From the sequence record MW812342.1: 64,000 nt of DNA; one strand, given 5' to 3'. The notes under the pieces were generated by a model that searched no databases, had not been told where the DNA came from, and worked only from the letters and a program-made list of their open reading frames with translations. Below are positions 34,908 to 44,911 of this stretch, in pieces; the first letter of the stretch is position 1; every line of letters starts with the position of its first letter. The position numbers were made by a program, and so were the translations under genes.

Positions 34908-37006
34908 TGGATGCTCGCCAAGTACACGTACGTGATCTCCGTAACCTGAACTCTGATCAGGTATGGCGTCTTCGCGGACGTTATGATGTAACGTTTGATG
35001 ATGGTGTGACTCAACCGATGTCGGGTCGCCACATCAAACTCAGTTGGCCGTACTGGGGCATCTCTCGATTCTATCCGCAGGTACCGACACCTTCAACGAT
35101 GTGTTATCGTCGTGGAGGTGAGTGGGCAACGGATGATCGCCACATCGACCTGATGTCCGAAGCTGCTGTACTTGCCCGTAAAGCGGGTATTGATTTGGCC
35201 GATACCCGTTATCTGTTAAGTCAGCACATCTATGCCGATGCGTTCAACCTGACAGTGAAGAACTTGCTGTCTTATTGTACGACCATCGACATCGATACCA
35301 TGATGCAGATTTACGACCATCCTGACTATCAGATTATCCACGAGTGGGCAAAGCAGTACCCAAGTGGCTATGATGAAGAAGGGGTCGATAAGGTTAACGA
35401 AGCGTACGAGATTATCGAGCGCATCATTCGTTCACCTGAGCTGGCAGACAACCCGGTGGCAATGTCGGTACTCGACAAAACCATCAAGATGGATCAGGTG
35501 CTCCAAGCCTACGTGCGTGGTAAAACCTCTGAAATCGATTCCCGTGTCTATTCGAATCAGGTATGGGAAGGGTTCTTCGGTGGTCTGAACTCGGTCATCA
35601 GCCGACTGAAAGAATCGGGTGCAACGTCACGTTCGCACCTGTACAACACCGACAAGATTGCGGAAGCAGAATACGGCTCCCGTAAACTCCAGCTCGCTGC
35701 AAACGTGCTGACCCACTTCACCTTAGATGACTGTGGTACCGAACACGCCCACGAACATACGTTCCGTGACACCAAAGAAAGTCAGACGCAGTACGACGCT
35801 ATGGTCGGTATGCGTTTCCGCTTCAACGGTGAAACCGGTCCGTGGCGTGTGTTCGAAAAAGGCCGCTTTGAGGATGTGGTTGATAAGCCGCTCCTGTTCC
35901 GATCTGCCATGACCTGTCGCCACATGGCGAAGCAGGGCATCTGTGCAGTCTGTATGGGCGACTTGGTGTACAACCTGTCGGAGAAAACCTCACCGGGTCA
36001 CTTGGCTTCCACCTCTATTTCAGAGAAGGGCACCCAAGGGATTCTCTCAACGAAGCACCTCGACTTCCTGCGTGAACTGTTTACGCTGGTTATCGGTGGG
36101 CGCATCAAAGGCTACTTCCGTGGCTATGAGAAAGGGTCAGAGAAAGGTCTGCGTTTACTCGACAAGCCGGAGTTCGGTACGTGGAGTGAATACTCACTGG
36201 TGGTATCTGAGAAGATGCACTCTGAACTGAGCCAGGTGGCGTATTACGACAACCTCGAAGATATTGATGAAACCTCTCTGCCGGATGTCACAGACGTTAC
36301 GTTTGTGCGTTTGAATGCAGACGGCGAACCGTGTGGCGGTGAATCACTGGATGTCCGTATGGGCGTCTGCGGGAACTTCTCGAAAGCGTTCTTGTCGTAC
36401 TTCCTGAAAGTGCGTGACGAGATTCAGTTCATCCGCAAAGGTGAGATTCGTATTCCAATGAGTGGCTGGAAGCCGAAAGCGCCGTTCCTCATTTATACTA
36501 ACCGTTCCGAATCCATGGCAGAGTTCGTTGCCGGTCTTGAGACCAAGCTGCGTTCTGTTGCTGCGGACAAGAACGAAACACCGATGGACTTCACCACGGA
36601 TGCCACGGTGAAAATGAGTAAAGATGGTAAAGTCAAGACGCTTACCTTGGTGGAGATGGGTGGGTCTACCGAACGTCAATGTACCTTTGCGATGTTCGAT
36701 ACCTTCCGCTACATTAACCGTAAGCTGAAAGGGATTCCGATGACACACATCGGCATCATGCTTGCCATTTCTCGTGTGGAAAGCCCCATCAATCCGTTCC
36801 CGGCGGTAGGGTTCGATAAGGAAACTGCTATTGATGGTATGGGTAAACGGTTCTTAGACCACAATACGCTGATTGCGATTCGTAGTGCGGCCCCGATGTT
36901 GTTCTTCCAAGGCCAGCAAGACAATCTCAACCGCGTAGGGTTCTATACCACACGTAAGATTCCGGCGTCGTTGTATGACGGGTCATTCAAAACACGGTTG
37001 CATTAA
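34904..37006 (+). CDS. non-virion RNA polymerase beta' C-terminal subunit (phiKZ gp74-like)
   Basis: Bridge-helix region (AEYGSRKL), DDCGT, Zn site CRH...ICAVCMG, trigger-loop TQGILSTKH. Confidence 0.88.
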   Translation: MMDARQVHVRDLRNLNSDQVWRLRGRYDVTFDDGVTQPMSGRHIKLSWPYWGISRFYPQVPTPSTMCYRRGGEWATDDRHIDLMSEAAVLARKAGIDLADTRYLLSQHIYADAFNLTVKNLLSYCTTIDIDTMMQIYDHPDYQIIHEWAKQYPSGYDEEGVDKVNEAYEIIERIIRSPELADNPVAMSVLDKTIKMDQVLQAYVRGKTSEIDSRVYSNQVWEGFFGGLNSVISRLKESGATSRSHLYNTDKIAEAEYGSRKLQLAANVLTHFTLDDCGTEHAHEHTFRDTKESQTQYDAMVGMRFRFNGETGPWRVFEKGRFEDVVDKPLLFRSAMTCRHMAKQGICAVCMGDLVYNLSEKTSPGHLASTSISEKGTQGILSTKHLDFLRELFTLVIGGRIKGYFRGYEKGSEKGLRLLDKPEFGTWSEYSLVVSEKMHSELSQVAYYDNLEDIDETSLPDVTDVTFVRLNADGEPCGGESLDVRMGVCGNFSKAFLSYFLKVRDEIQFIRKGEIRIPMSGWKPKAPFLIYTNRSESMAEFVAGLETKLRSVAADKNETPMDFTTDATVKMSKDGKVKTLTLVEMGGSTERQCTFAMFDTFRYINRKLKGIPMTHIGIMLAISRVESPINPFPAVGFDKETAIDGMGKRFLDHNTLIAIRSAAPMLFFQGQQDNLNRVGFYTTRKIPASLYDGSFKTRLH

Positions 37007-37009
37007 TAC

Positions 37010-37035
37010 AGAGGGGCAGATGCCCCTCTTTTTTT
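37010..37035 (+). terminator. intrinsic terminator
   Basis: AGAGGGGCA/TGCCCCTCT followed by a T-tract. Confidence 0.65.
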
Positions 37036-37047
37036 GTAGAGGGGTAT

Positions 37048-38751
37048 ATGCAGCAGATCAACATCACGCACACCACCATGGGGGTGCGAATTGAAGTTCC
37101 TATCCGACCCGTTGAGATTGCCATCAAGACATGGGCGGAACGGAATCTGCACGCCCCGAAAATGGGAAAAGAGCGCGGCAAGATTACCGTGGAACAAGGA
37201 GATGGCTACTACGCCCACATGGAAGGCGCACGTAGCTTTATCTTTCACAAAGCCCACCTTGAGGAAATTCTCTCCATCATCAAGAACGCGATCATTGAGT
37301 ACCGATTGGATGCCGAAGTAAAGCACCATAAAGTCGAGCGTTCTGAACCTTACCGGTGTACCTTTGAAAACTTCGGTACGCCGATGCTTGTGGACGATCC
37401 CGAATCACGCTTCTATTATCAGAACGAGGTTGTGGAGAAAGCCCTCGATCCCAATCGGCTGCAAACCATCTTTGCCATCGATACGGGAAGGGGGAAGACA
37501 AAGTCCCTGATGAAGGTGATGGTGAAAAAGCAGGTGCGGACTTCGCTTATCATGCGTCCGACGTACGTGGATAAGTGGATCTCGGACATCTGCGATGACC
37601 CCACCGGTTTGCGAATCGACCGTGACAAAGTCTTGGTCTGTCGTGGGGTGCAGGGGATTATCGAAGCGTATGAGATGGGACTCAGTGGGGAACTTGACCG
37701 TCGGGATATCCGTGCGATTATTTTCCCAACCGTTTCTCTTCAGTTGTTCCTGAAAGAGTACATCAATACCGGGCACTCGATGGGGATTGACATCGAACGC
37801 TTTTACGATGTACTGGGCGTGGGTCTTATCGGGATGGATGAGGTGCATGAGCACTTCTATCTGGTGTATCTGGCCGGGATTATCTTAAACCCATGTGCTG
37901 CGGTGGAGATGTCAGCCACGCTTGAACCGGGTGCCGCGAAGACGTTTATCATCGCGCGCTATCTGGAACGCTTCCCAATGGAACTGCGCTTGTCTGTTGA
38001 GCGTATTAAGGTCGTTGATATCCGCGCGTTCTATTACACGCTGGATGACAAGAAGTTGGCGTGGTGGGCGACGAAGATGTCTCCCTATAACCACAAGTTG
38101 TTTGAAGGTAAGTTGATTCGCGAGGGCTTCCACGTTTCGTATTGCGAGATGTGGTGGAATCTGATCGAGAAGGTGTATCTGTCCAATTACCAACCGGGAC
38201 AGAAAATCATCATCTTGTTCTCAACCGTTGACATGTGTGAGTTCTTCACCCAGTTCCTGCATCAGAAGTTGGCGGGTACTGAGTTCAATGAGTTGATGGT
38301 GGCGAAGTATAACGGTGGCGATTCGTATGATGACTTCATCATGGCGGAGTTTGGTGTTTCCACACCGAACAAAGCCGGTACTGCGATAGACAAACCGGGT
38401 ATGGTCCACATGATCGTGACAGTGCCGGTAGATGACCAACAGCTGAACTTACAGATTGCCGGACGCCCGCGTCCTGTGCGGGAAGTGTTTGGTTGGGACA
38501 TGAACCCGATTGTGTGGTTCGGGCATTGCATGAACATTGCTAAACACGGTACGTACCTGAACTCACGTATGCGTTCGCTGCGTGACACGGTACTGTCTTT
38601 CAAAGTTGCGACTTCCCCTTATGTTGTAAGGAAAACGTATGATAACGCCTCCACTTCCAGCCGCCCCAACAGCCCCCTACGCCGGATTGACGTTGGCAGA
38701 CTTTCTCGTAAAGGTGCTAAGGGCCTATCCCGGCGCAGAAAGCGCCGCTAA
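37048..38751 (+). CDS. SF2 (DExH) helicase (phiKZ gp75-like)
   Basis: Walker A IDTGRGKT, DEVH, MSATL (motif III), QIAGRPR (motif VI). Confidence 0.9.
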   Translation: MQQINITHTTMGVRIEVPIRPVEIAIKTWAERNLHAPKMGKERGKITVEQGDGYYAHMEGARSFIFHKAHLEEILSIIKNAIIEYRLDAEVKHHKVERSEPYRCTFENFGTPMLVDDPESRFYYQNEVVEKALDPNRLQTIFAIDTGRGKTKSLMKVMVKKQVRTSLIMRPTYVDKWISDICDDPTGLRIDRDKVLVCRGVQGIIEAYEMGLSGELDRRDIRAIIFPTVSLQLFLKEYINTGHSMGIDIERFYDVLGVGLIGMDEVHEHFYLVYLAGIILNPCAAVEMSATLEPGAAKTFIIARYLERFPMELRLSVERIKVVDIRAFYYTLDDKKLAWWATKMSPYNHKLFEGKLIREGFHVSYCEMWWNLIEKVYLSNYQPGQKIIILFSTVDMCEFFTQFLHQKLAGTEFNELMVAKYNGGDSYDDFIMAEFGVSTPNKAGTAIDKPGMVHMIVTVPVDDQQLNLQIAGRPRPVREVFGWDMNPIVWFGHCMNIAKHGTYLNSRMRSLRDTVLSFKVATSPYVVRKTYDNASTSSRPNSPLRRIDVGRLSRKGAKGLSRRRKRR

Positions 38752-39019
38752 GGCTTTGTGTCAGGACCCGGAGATTAACCGGGCCTTTCACTATTACACG
38801 ATTACGGAACACTTCACGTCCTGCTTTATCATGCAGCGTGGGTTAACGTATTTCGTCACTCGTACGTCCAGTATCCGTGGTACTGCGGCGTACGAACTTT
38901 ATTCTTACGAACTGTGGAACAACAATCCCGCAGGGAATACCGATGAAAACCCGAAAGTGGCATATCGCCTCTTCTCGGATAAATGGCACGATTGGGTGAC
39001 TGTACCACATAACGGTTAA
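38639..39019 (+). CDS. hypothetical protein overlapping the helicase 3' end by 113 nt
   Basis: TAAGGA SD 6 nt before ATG; protein-like composition. Confidence 0.6.
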   Translation: MITPPLPAAPTAPYAGLTLADFLVKVLRAYPGAESAAKALCQDPEINRAFHYYTITEHFTSCFIMQRGLTYFVTRTSSIRGTAAYELYSYELWNNNPAGNTDENPKVAYRLFSDKWHDWVTVPHNG

Positions 39020-39073
39020 TTACACGGTTAGTGTATATTGTGTAGAGTCACTTTCATTAATAAGGAATATCCG

Positions 39074-39691
39074 ATGTCTCGTCGTAAAAAGCAGCCTGGT
39101 TTTAGCCCGCGTGAAGCAGCACGCGAACGTGTCCGTAGCGTCATGCGTGGCATGAACACGACCGAGAATGTTTTCCTCGGTCATTCGAAAACGCACGCCG
39201 AGAAAATCGACCGTGAGTTTGAACGTATCAACTCGCTGATGGGTGAAGACCTGAAAGCGTATTTGACCGAGTGGTTAAAGAACTCTCAGGCTGCCTTCTT
39301 GGGTGCCATGCAAGACTTCAAAACGCGCCTGTTTGCTGTGCGTACTGATGCCGACGCAAAGGCGACCAAACTGATGGAGGTCATCGACAACCACAAGTGG
39401 GACGAAATCAAAGACGTTGTTGTTGTGGCTGAGCTGGAACTGGCGGACTTTGACATTCAGGTGGATACCGTGGCGCAGGAAACCCTGCTGTCTATCGTTG
39501 AAGCCGGTGCCGCTTATGAGCAGCGCCGTGAATGTGTCCGCGTGGGCCTGCACAACAACTGGTCCCATGAAGCAATCCTGACCAAGCTGCGCGAGCTGGA
39601 TGCCCAAGCCGCGGCGGCCGCATTAGCGGCGGCAGAAGCAGCAGAAGCGTCAGAGCCTGTAGCAGAGCAAGAGGAAACTGCGAATGTCTAA
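39074..39691 (+). CDS. hypothetical coiled-coil protein
   Basis: Start MSRRKK with TAAGGA SD; 205 aa. Confidence 0.75.
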   Translation: MSRRKKQPGFSPREAARERVRSVMRGMNTTENVFLGHSKTHAEKIDREFERINSLMGEDLKAYLTEWLKNSQAAFLGAMQDFKTRLFAVRTDADAKATKLMEVIDNHKWDEIKDVVVVAELELADFDIQVDTVAQETLLSIVEAGAAYEQRRECVRVGLHNNWSHEAILTKLRELDAQAAAAALAAAEAAEASEPVAEQEETANV

Positions 39692-41741
39692 TGATCCGCG
39701 TCCGTCGTTCGGTGCTGCCGAACCGGAAACGGCTGAGGTGCAACTTCCCCCACGCGAAGCCCTAGTGGGTAAAGACGTGGCGGAGGTGGCCTTCGAGCTG
39801 GTAAAACTCAATCCCACTTTTTCTTTTGCCGAAGCAACTGAGCGCGCGAAAGGTCTGGTTATGCTAAACGCGCCGGTAGACGATACGCCGCCGCCGGTGG
39901 TAGACGCTGTGGCTGGCGTGCTCGATACGCCACTTGGTGGCGATCGCGAAGCGTCGCCGGAGGATCTGGCTGCACTCAATAGCACTGAGAACCAACTGGA
40001 GCAGCCGGTCAAACTTGACCTCTCTCCGGTACAACCTCAGCCGGAACCAGAAGCTGCGCAAGCGGTGCAGCCGCGTGTTGAGCACATCGCCGAAGCACCG
40101 CCGATTGTGCAGCCTTTAGGTGTACAAACTCCTAAACCGGAACGGGTTCCGGTTAAGGCAGAAGTGATTCCTGCTCCGGCACTCGATGCCGAAGATGCCC
40201 CGGCAGACCGTGATGAGCAGACGCCAAACCTCTCGAAAGAGAAACGCCGTCAGATTGATTTCGGGCCAGAACCACACCGTGCTGAAATTACCAGCATGGA
40301 CCCGGAAGATCCCCATCGCGTCCTGACGCAAAGTGATGAGCTGGTTGGCACCACACTGCCACTCGCCGGTGAGCAGGAAGTCATGCAGTTCTTTGCCAGC
40401 ATCCCGCGTAACCGTGAGGGGCGTCCGATGTTCCGCAATGCCGCCGAAGAGGAGCGTTATCAGAAGCTCTTTACGGCGCTGGAACTGACCCCGCCTATCA
40501 TGATTAACAACCGTGCTGCGTTTGACATGGCACTGGAACGCGAAGATACGGCGTGGCAACAAACCATCAAACTGCCGAACAACAAGTTTGTGTCTGCGGT
40601 AACCGACCGTGGTGCAAACGCGCAAGGTGCGATGGCTGCCCTGCGCCGCCGTCGTGGTTCCGGTTCACCGGTTTCCGTGTGGCTGCCTGCGACCGGCATC
40701 TTCGTTGGTTTCCGTGCCCCGCATGAAAACGACATGTGTGACTTCGATATTCGTATCACGTCAGAGCAGTCGAAAATCGGGATGTTCACCTACGGTCTGC
40801 TGTTGGCCTCGTCTTCGGGCGTGTATCTCCAGCACATGATCGAGCATTCGCTGAACTTTGCGGTAGACACCACTTACGACTGTCAGGGTCTGGACATTAA
40901 GACCGCCCTGATGGACATCGTGGATGTGGACGACTACTGGCTGCTGGTCATCGGGCCGTTGATGGCGAAGTTCCCGGCGGGGATTCCGTGGAAGCTGCTG
41001 TGTCCGAACCACGAATGTGGTCATGAGCGTGAAGTGCGTCTGAATCTGGCTCGCTGTATCCGTATGGCAGATGGCCTGTTCTCTGACCTGCACCGTTCGC
41101 TCTGGCTGCGCCAGCGTGGCAAAGGGCCGGATGCGATTATCGGTAACGCCGAGTATCTGGAATACCGCAAAGAGCTGCCGAAGTCCAAAGCCGCCCGTTT
41201 CCATTACGAGCAGCTGGGCATTACGGTAGAGTTCGGTCGGTCAACCATCGGTCAGTTCATCGATAACACCAATGCGTGGGTAGAGAAAATTAACACCTCT
41301 GCCACGAACGCACTGGCAAACCATGCCACTGAATCCGAGCGCTCGCAATACATTCGTCTGGCTGCGGAAAACCGCCGCTTGACGCGTTACGCGACACACG
41401 TTAAAGCCATCATCGTTGAAGAGACGGTGAAAGGCGAACCGGTTGAGACCCGCGAAGAAGATCCAGACCGTATCTTTGAGATGTTAGAGGAACTCTCTTC
41501 TGACCGCATGTACGTGCTGGCATTTGAAAACGCGCTGTCCACTTACAACGAAGAATCGCGCATGGCCGTGTTTGGTTACATGGGTCACGCGTGTCCGAGC
41601 TGTAAGACCGGTGAGGGTGAAGAAGACGGTCCGTTCCGTGGTATTGTTACCATTAGCCCGGACAAGGTTTTTTTCGCGCTATCTCGTGTGGTGTTCGAGA
41701 TACAGAGAGTCTACTTACAACAATTCGAAAATATTGGATAG
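39684..41741 (+). CDS. conserved protein (phiKZ gp77-like position), possible tail/baseplate assembly chaperone
   Basis: 685 aa, Pro/Ala/Glu-rich N-terminus, CPNHEC and CPSC Cys pairs reminiscent of T4 gp26-type hub chaperones; GAGGA SD. Confidence 0.65.
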   Translation: MSNDPRPSFGAAEPETAEVQLPPREALVGKDVAEVAFELVKLNPTFSFAEATERAKGLVMLNAPVDDTPPPVVDAVAGVLDTPLGGDREASPEDLAALNSTENQLEQPVKLDLSPVQPQPEPEAAQAVQPRVEHIAEAPPIVQPLGVQTPKPERVPVKAEVIPAPALDAEDAPADRDEQTPNLSKEKRRQIDFGPEPHRAEITSMDPEDPHRVLTQSDELVGTTLPLAGEQEVMQFFASIPRNREGRPMFRNAAEEERYQKLFTALELTPPIMINNRAAFDMALEREDTAWQQTIKLPNNKFVSAVTDRGANAQGAMAALRRRRGSGSPVSVWLPATGIFVGFRAPHENDMCDFDIRITSEQSKIGMFTYGLLLASSSGVYLQHMIEHSLNFAVDTTYDCQGLDIKTALMDIVDVDDYWLLVIGPLMAKFPAGIPWKLLCPNHECGHEREVRLNLARCIRMADGLFSDLHRSLWLRQRGKGPDAIIGNAEYLEYRKELPKSKAARFHYEQLGITVEFGRSTIGQFIDNTNAWVEKINTSATNALANHATESERSQYIRLAAENRRLTRYATHVKAIIVEETVKGEPVETREEDPDRIFEMLEELSSDRMYVLAFENALSTYNEESRMAVFGYMGHACPSCKTGEGEEDGPFRGIVTISPDKVFFALSRVVFEIQRVYLQQFENIG
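41669..41702 (+). other. putative programmed -1 ribosomal frameshift signal
   Basis: In-frame heptamer T TTT TTC (41669-75), 4-nt spacer, TATCTCG/CGAGATA hairpin (41680-41702); the -1 frame is open into ORF 41780-42148. Confidence 0.7.
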
Positions 41742-41779
41742 ACGCCGACGACGTTCCAGCCGAAGCCATCATCACTGCC

Positions 41780-42148
41780 ATGAAGCTGGACACCACCTCG
41801 CTGTTCAAACGGCGAGACAGTCGACCTATCACGTATCAAGAAGCGCATGACGAGCTACTCTCCACGTACGACGGGATACTCGGGTTAGAGACCGGTGAGA
41901 ACAACATCAGTGTCTCTGACTTTGAGAATCCCATCAACCAGAGCCTGTATGAAATCTGGGCGACCACGTACGTGCGTGAAGGTATCAAGGAACTGTTTGG
42001 ATACGACCTTGATACCTGGCTTGATAGGCCGCGTTGGAAGTTGATGAAGCATCTGGAAATCGCAAAACGTCGTCGTGCTGAGCTAGACAATGCTAAGAAA
42101 GGCGCAATCCCGCCAGAACTTGAGAAAGAACTGAAGGGACGCATCTAA
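41780..42148 (+). CDS. C-terminal module probably expressed as a frameshift fusion with the 39684 gene
   Basis: No SD before ATG 41780; frame open upstream to 41657. Confidence 0.65.
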   Translation: MKLDTTSLFKRRDSRPITYQEAHDELLSTYDGILGLETGENNISVSDFENPINQSLYEIWATTYVREGIKELFGYDLDTWLDRPRWKLMKHLEIAKRRRAELDNAKKGAIPPELEKELKGRI

Positions 42149-42175
42149 GGGAGCTTCGGCTCCCTTTTATTTTTT
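42149..42175 (+). terminator. intrinsic terminator
   Basis: GGGAGC-TTCG-GCTCCC followed by a T-tract; identical stem at 62321. Confidence 0.75.
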
Positions 42176-42207
42176 TGTTGTTATGAGACCCATTTTAGGA
42201 AACCGTC

Positions 42208-43062
42208 ATGACTGACTTATACGAAGACTATGCCGACACACTCGGTCTGGTAAGACAAGATGGCCGTCTGGCCCCGGTGTTAGACTTAGTGTCGTTAGCT
42301 ATCGAGTATGGTTACGATACGACGCTGATGGACATTTATACCGGTCAAATCCCTGACATGAATGAAGAGTGTCTGCGACTGGAAGCCATCATTAACCGTT
42401 GTGCCTGCGCATTGGCCCAGCGGCTGGGCGTGGGCTTGAACCCGCAGGTTGCGCACAACAAACCGAAAGAGGTGGTGCGCATTATCCATGGCCTGACCTC
42501 CGCGTTTGAAGAGTTTGAGGACACCGACACCCTGTACGGGATTCTGTTGTCAGGTGAACCCCACGCGTACATCCTTGAAAACATGGTGCGTTACGTCTAT
42601 GGGGATAACGACATCCACTTCGAAGACCTGATTGTGGTGGTGGAGCCGCGTGTGATTAACGTCATGCGTAACTTCCTTGCCGCCACGTCCGCAGAGCAGC
42701 AAGCCGAAGGCACCGACAACCCACGCATGCAGCGTGTGGTGCAGTTCCTGCGCACCTACCCGCAGAACCCATCGGCGTACGTGTTCCTTAACTTGAGTGA
42801 CACGACAGACATCAACAGCGTTATCTCCGCACTGGATTTCAGCGAAGAAGCGGGTGTGGGGGAAAGCGAGCTGCTCACCATCTACGCCGTCGGTCTGTCT
42901 ATCATTGAGAACGACACGTTCGATGCAGCCTACGCTGCACTGGAAGGGATGCTCGAATTGATTAACAGCGATGAGGCCCCAGAAGACCTTATCCTGCGCG
43001 ACGGCTTAGCGGGCCTGAAGAAAATCTACGGGGTAGAGGAGCAAACTGATGAACCGGATTGA
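42208..43062 (+). CDS. conserved protein, probably virion-associated (phiKZ gp79-like position)
   Basis: 284 aa, AGGA SD, coupled to the vRNAP gene. Confidence 0.7.
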   Translation: MTDLYEDYADTLGLVRQDGRLAPVLDLVSLAIEYGYDTTLMDIYTGQIPDMNEECLRLEAIINRCACALAQRLGVGLNPQVAHNKPKEVVRIIHGLTSAFEEFEDTDTLYGILLSGEPHAYILENMVRYVYGDNDIHFEDLIVVVEPRVINVMRNFLAATSAEQQAEGTDNPRMQRVVQFLRTYPQNPSAYVFLNLSDTTDINSVISALDFSEEAGVGESELLTIYAVGLSIIENDTFDAAYAALEGMLELINSDEAPEDLILRDGLAGLKKIYGVEEQTDEPD

Positions 43063-44347
43063 GTATTTGATTGCTGCGTGTAATGCCGAGGCGTGGCGTC
43101 GACTCGTCTGGCGTATTGGCTTGTTCAACGTCTGTATCTTTCCCGAAGCGCATGAGCGCCCGGAGCAGTATGACCTGAACTTTATTGAAGGGGTGGCGCA
43201 TTACTGGGACGAGGTGAACGGCCACTGGGAATGGGTACCCATTAAAGACGCTGTAAAGGACGCAGAGCTGTTTGTACCTGAAATGCGATTCCAGCTACCG
43301 GTTGGTGGTTATCCGGGCTTAGAGAGCGAGATAGAGACGTCTGTTGGGCGTTACGTCCTGAACTGGATCGTCATCTATTACGCCTTTGAGAAACGGATGC
43401 CGTATCTGGAAGTGGGTCACCCGATGGACATCCGTAAAGAGATGTACAGCCGGTGTGTGGACTTCGAAGAAGATGACCCGGAGAACGTGGGGGCAATTCG
43501 TCCGAGCATGGTTGACCGGTTTGTCAACGGCCTCGCGGAACTGGCCCCGCTCGCCAAAGCAATTGCCCCGACCGGTACCCTGCGGTCGTGGACGGTACAT
43601 CCCGACACCTACAAAATCCGTGACGCCCTGCTTGAGAAACACAAAGACGAACTGGATAACCCAGCCGTCATCGTGAAGATTGAACAGGCGCTGGATGAAC
43701 TCGATAAAGAGTGGTTGTCAGGCGACCAGTCTGTACAGTATTACGCCTCGAAGAAATCCCGCATGCGTCGTCGTAAACTGATGCTGATGTACGGGATTGA
43801 ATCCGCCTTCCAGGAAGGTGCTGACTTTACCCTGATACCGAATGCACTGGTTGAGGTGGATAAAGAAGGGCTCAAGAATCTGGTCGCCAAGTATAACTCG
43901 ATTCGTGACGGTTCGTTCTCCCGTGGTGCAGAAACGGCAAAAGGGGGTGAGCAGGTACGTATCATCCAGATGATTTTCCAGAACCACAAAATCGTCGAAG
44001 GGGATTGCGGCACCAAGCTTGTCCATCAGGTCTTCATCACCGAACTGAACGTGAAACGCTACCTCGGTATGAATGCCATGGTCAACGGCAAGTTGACACC
44101 GATTACCGATGGCTTCCTGAAAGCCAATCTGGGCAAAATCATTAACCTGCGACGCCCCATCCTATGTCAGATGGGTCACGTTGACTGCTGCGCGGCTTGT
44201 GCCTCGAATGAGAAAGCTAAAGAACCGCGTGCTATCGCCGCCGATATCTCTACCGCGTTCTCGAACGTCATGGGGGTAGCAATGGCCAAGATGCACGGTT
44301 CTGACACCGTAGTTGTCGAGTTCAAACCCAAACTTCACATCACTTAA
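43049..44347 (+). CDS. virion RNA polymerase beta' C-terminal subunit (phiKZ gp80-like)
   Basis: SIRDGSFSRGAETAKGG bridge-helix-like region, EGDCGT, Zn site CQ...CCAACA, trigger-loop MAKMHG. Confidence 0.85.
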   Translation: MNRIEYLIAACNAEAWRRLVWRIGLFNVCIFPEAHERPEQYDLNFIEGVAHYWDEVNGHWEWVPIKDAVKDAELFVPEMRFQLPVGGYPGLESEIETSVGRYVLNWIVIYYAFEKRMPYLEVGHPMDIRKEMYSRCVDFEEDDPENVGAIRPSMVDRFVNGLAELAPLAKAIAPTGTLRSWTVHPDTYKIRDALLEKHKDELDNPAVIVKIEQALDELDKEWLSGDQSVQYYASKKSRMRRRKLMLMYGIESAFQEGADFTLIPNALVEVDKEGLKNLVAKYNSIRDGSFSRGAETAKGGEQVRIIQMIFQNHKIVEGDCGTKLVHQVFITELNVKRYLGMNAMVNGKLTPITDGFLKANLGKIINLRRPILCQMGHVDCCAACASNEKAKEPRAIAADISTAFSNVMGVAMAKMHGSDTVVVEFKPKLHIT

Positions 44348-44358
44348 AAGGATATATC

Positions 44359-44868
44359 ATGACTCAGCCAGTTAAAGACACGAGCACCCAAAATGCTGCG
44401 CGTCCTGAAACCCTTTCCGTCACTAGCGCAACGTACGGTACCGATGAACAGAGTCAGGTCAAACTGATTGCCGACATGCTGGACAGCGCCGGTAACACCG
44501 TGGGTCGTAACAAGTCACCGAGTGCGCAGAAGAAAGCCGAGGCGTACGGTCAACTGCACAACGCATTCCGTAACCTGTTCAAACTGCGCGGCCAAGCGTT
44601 CCTCGACGGCTTCGCATGTTTCGTGAGCGCTGTGAACAAATACCCGGATGGGATTTTCTACCTGCCGCTGGTTAACGAAAACCTGTCAGACTTCAGCAAT
44701 CAGGCTGAGCGTGAAGTGTTCATGATCTTCATCAACAACACGGTACGTTTCGCACGTTCTGCGAACAAAGCGAACTTCGGCCAGATTAGCAATATCGAAC
44801 GTCTGACCTCGCGCATGTCTGACCCGGAACTGCGCAGCCTGCTGCGTGCTGCCTTCCTCGTCGAATAA
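44359..44868 (+). CDS. conserved hypothetical protein
   Basis: 169 aa, AAGGA SD. Confidence 0.75.
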   Translation: MTQPVKDTSTQNAARPETLSVTSATYGTDEQSQVKLIADMLDSAGNTVGRNKSPSAQKKAEAYGQLHNAFRNLFKLRGQAFLDGFACFVSAVNKYPDGIFYLPLVNENLSDFSNQAEREVFMIFINNTVRFARSANKANFGQISNIERLTSRMSDPELRSLLRAAFLVE

Positions 44869-44869
44869 A

Positions 44870-44910
44870 AAATAAAGCTACCTACTCCATCAGGAGTAGG
44901 TAGTCTTTTT
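44870..44910. terminator. bidirectional terminator
   Basis: CTACCTACTCC-ATCA-GGAGTAGGTAG between convergent genes. Confidence 0.75.
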
Positions 44911-44911
44911 A

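Noticed and set aside
21374-37006. Introns or inteins in RNA polymerase genes (present in phiKZ)
   Set aside because: All nvRNAP ORFs here are continuous with expected sizes; no homing endonuclease motifs seen
41524-41850. 108-aa +1-frame ORF bridging the 39684 and 41780 genes
   Set aside because: Wrong frame to join the downstream ORF by a single shift from the slippery site, no SD, and Arg-rich spurious composition; the -1 route explains the junction better
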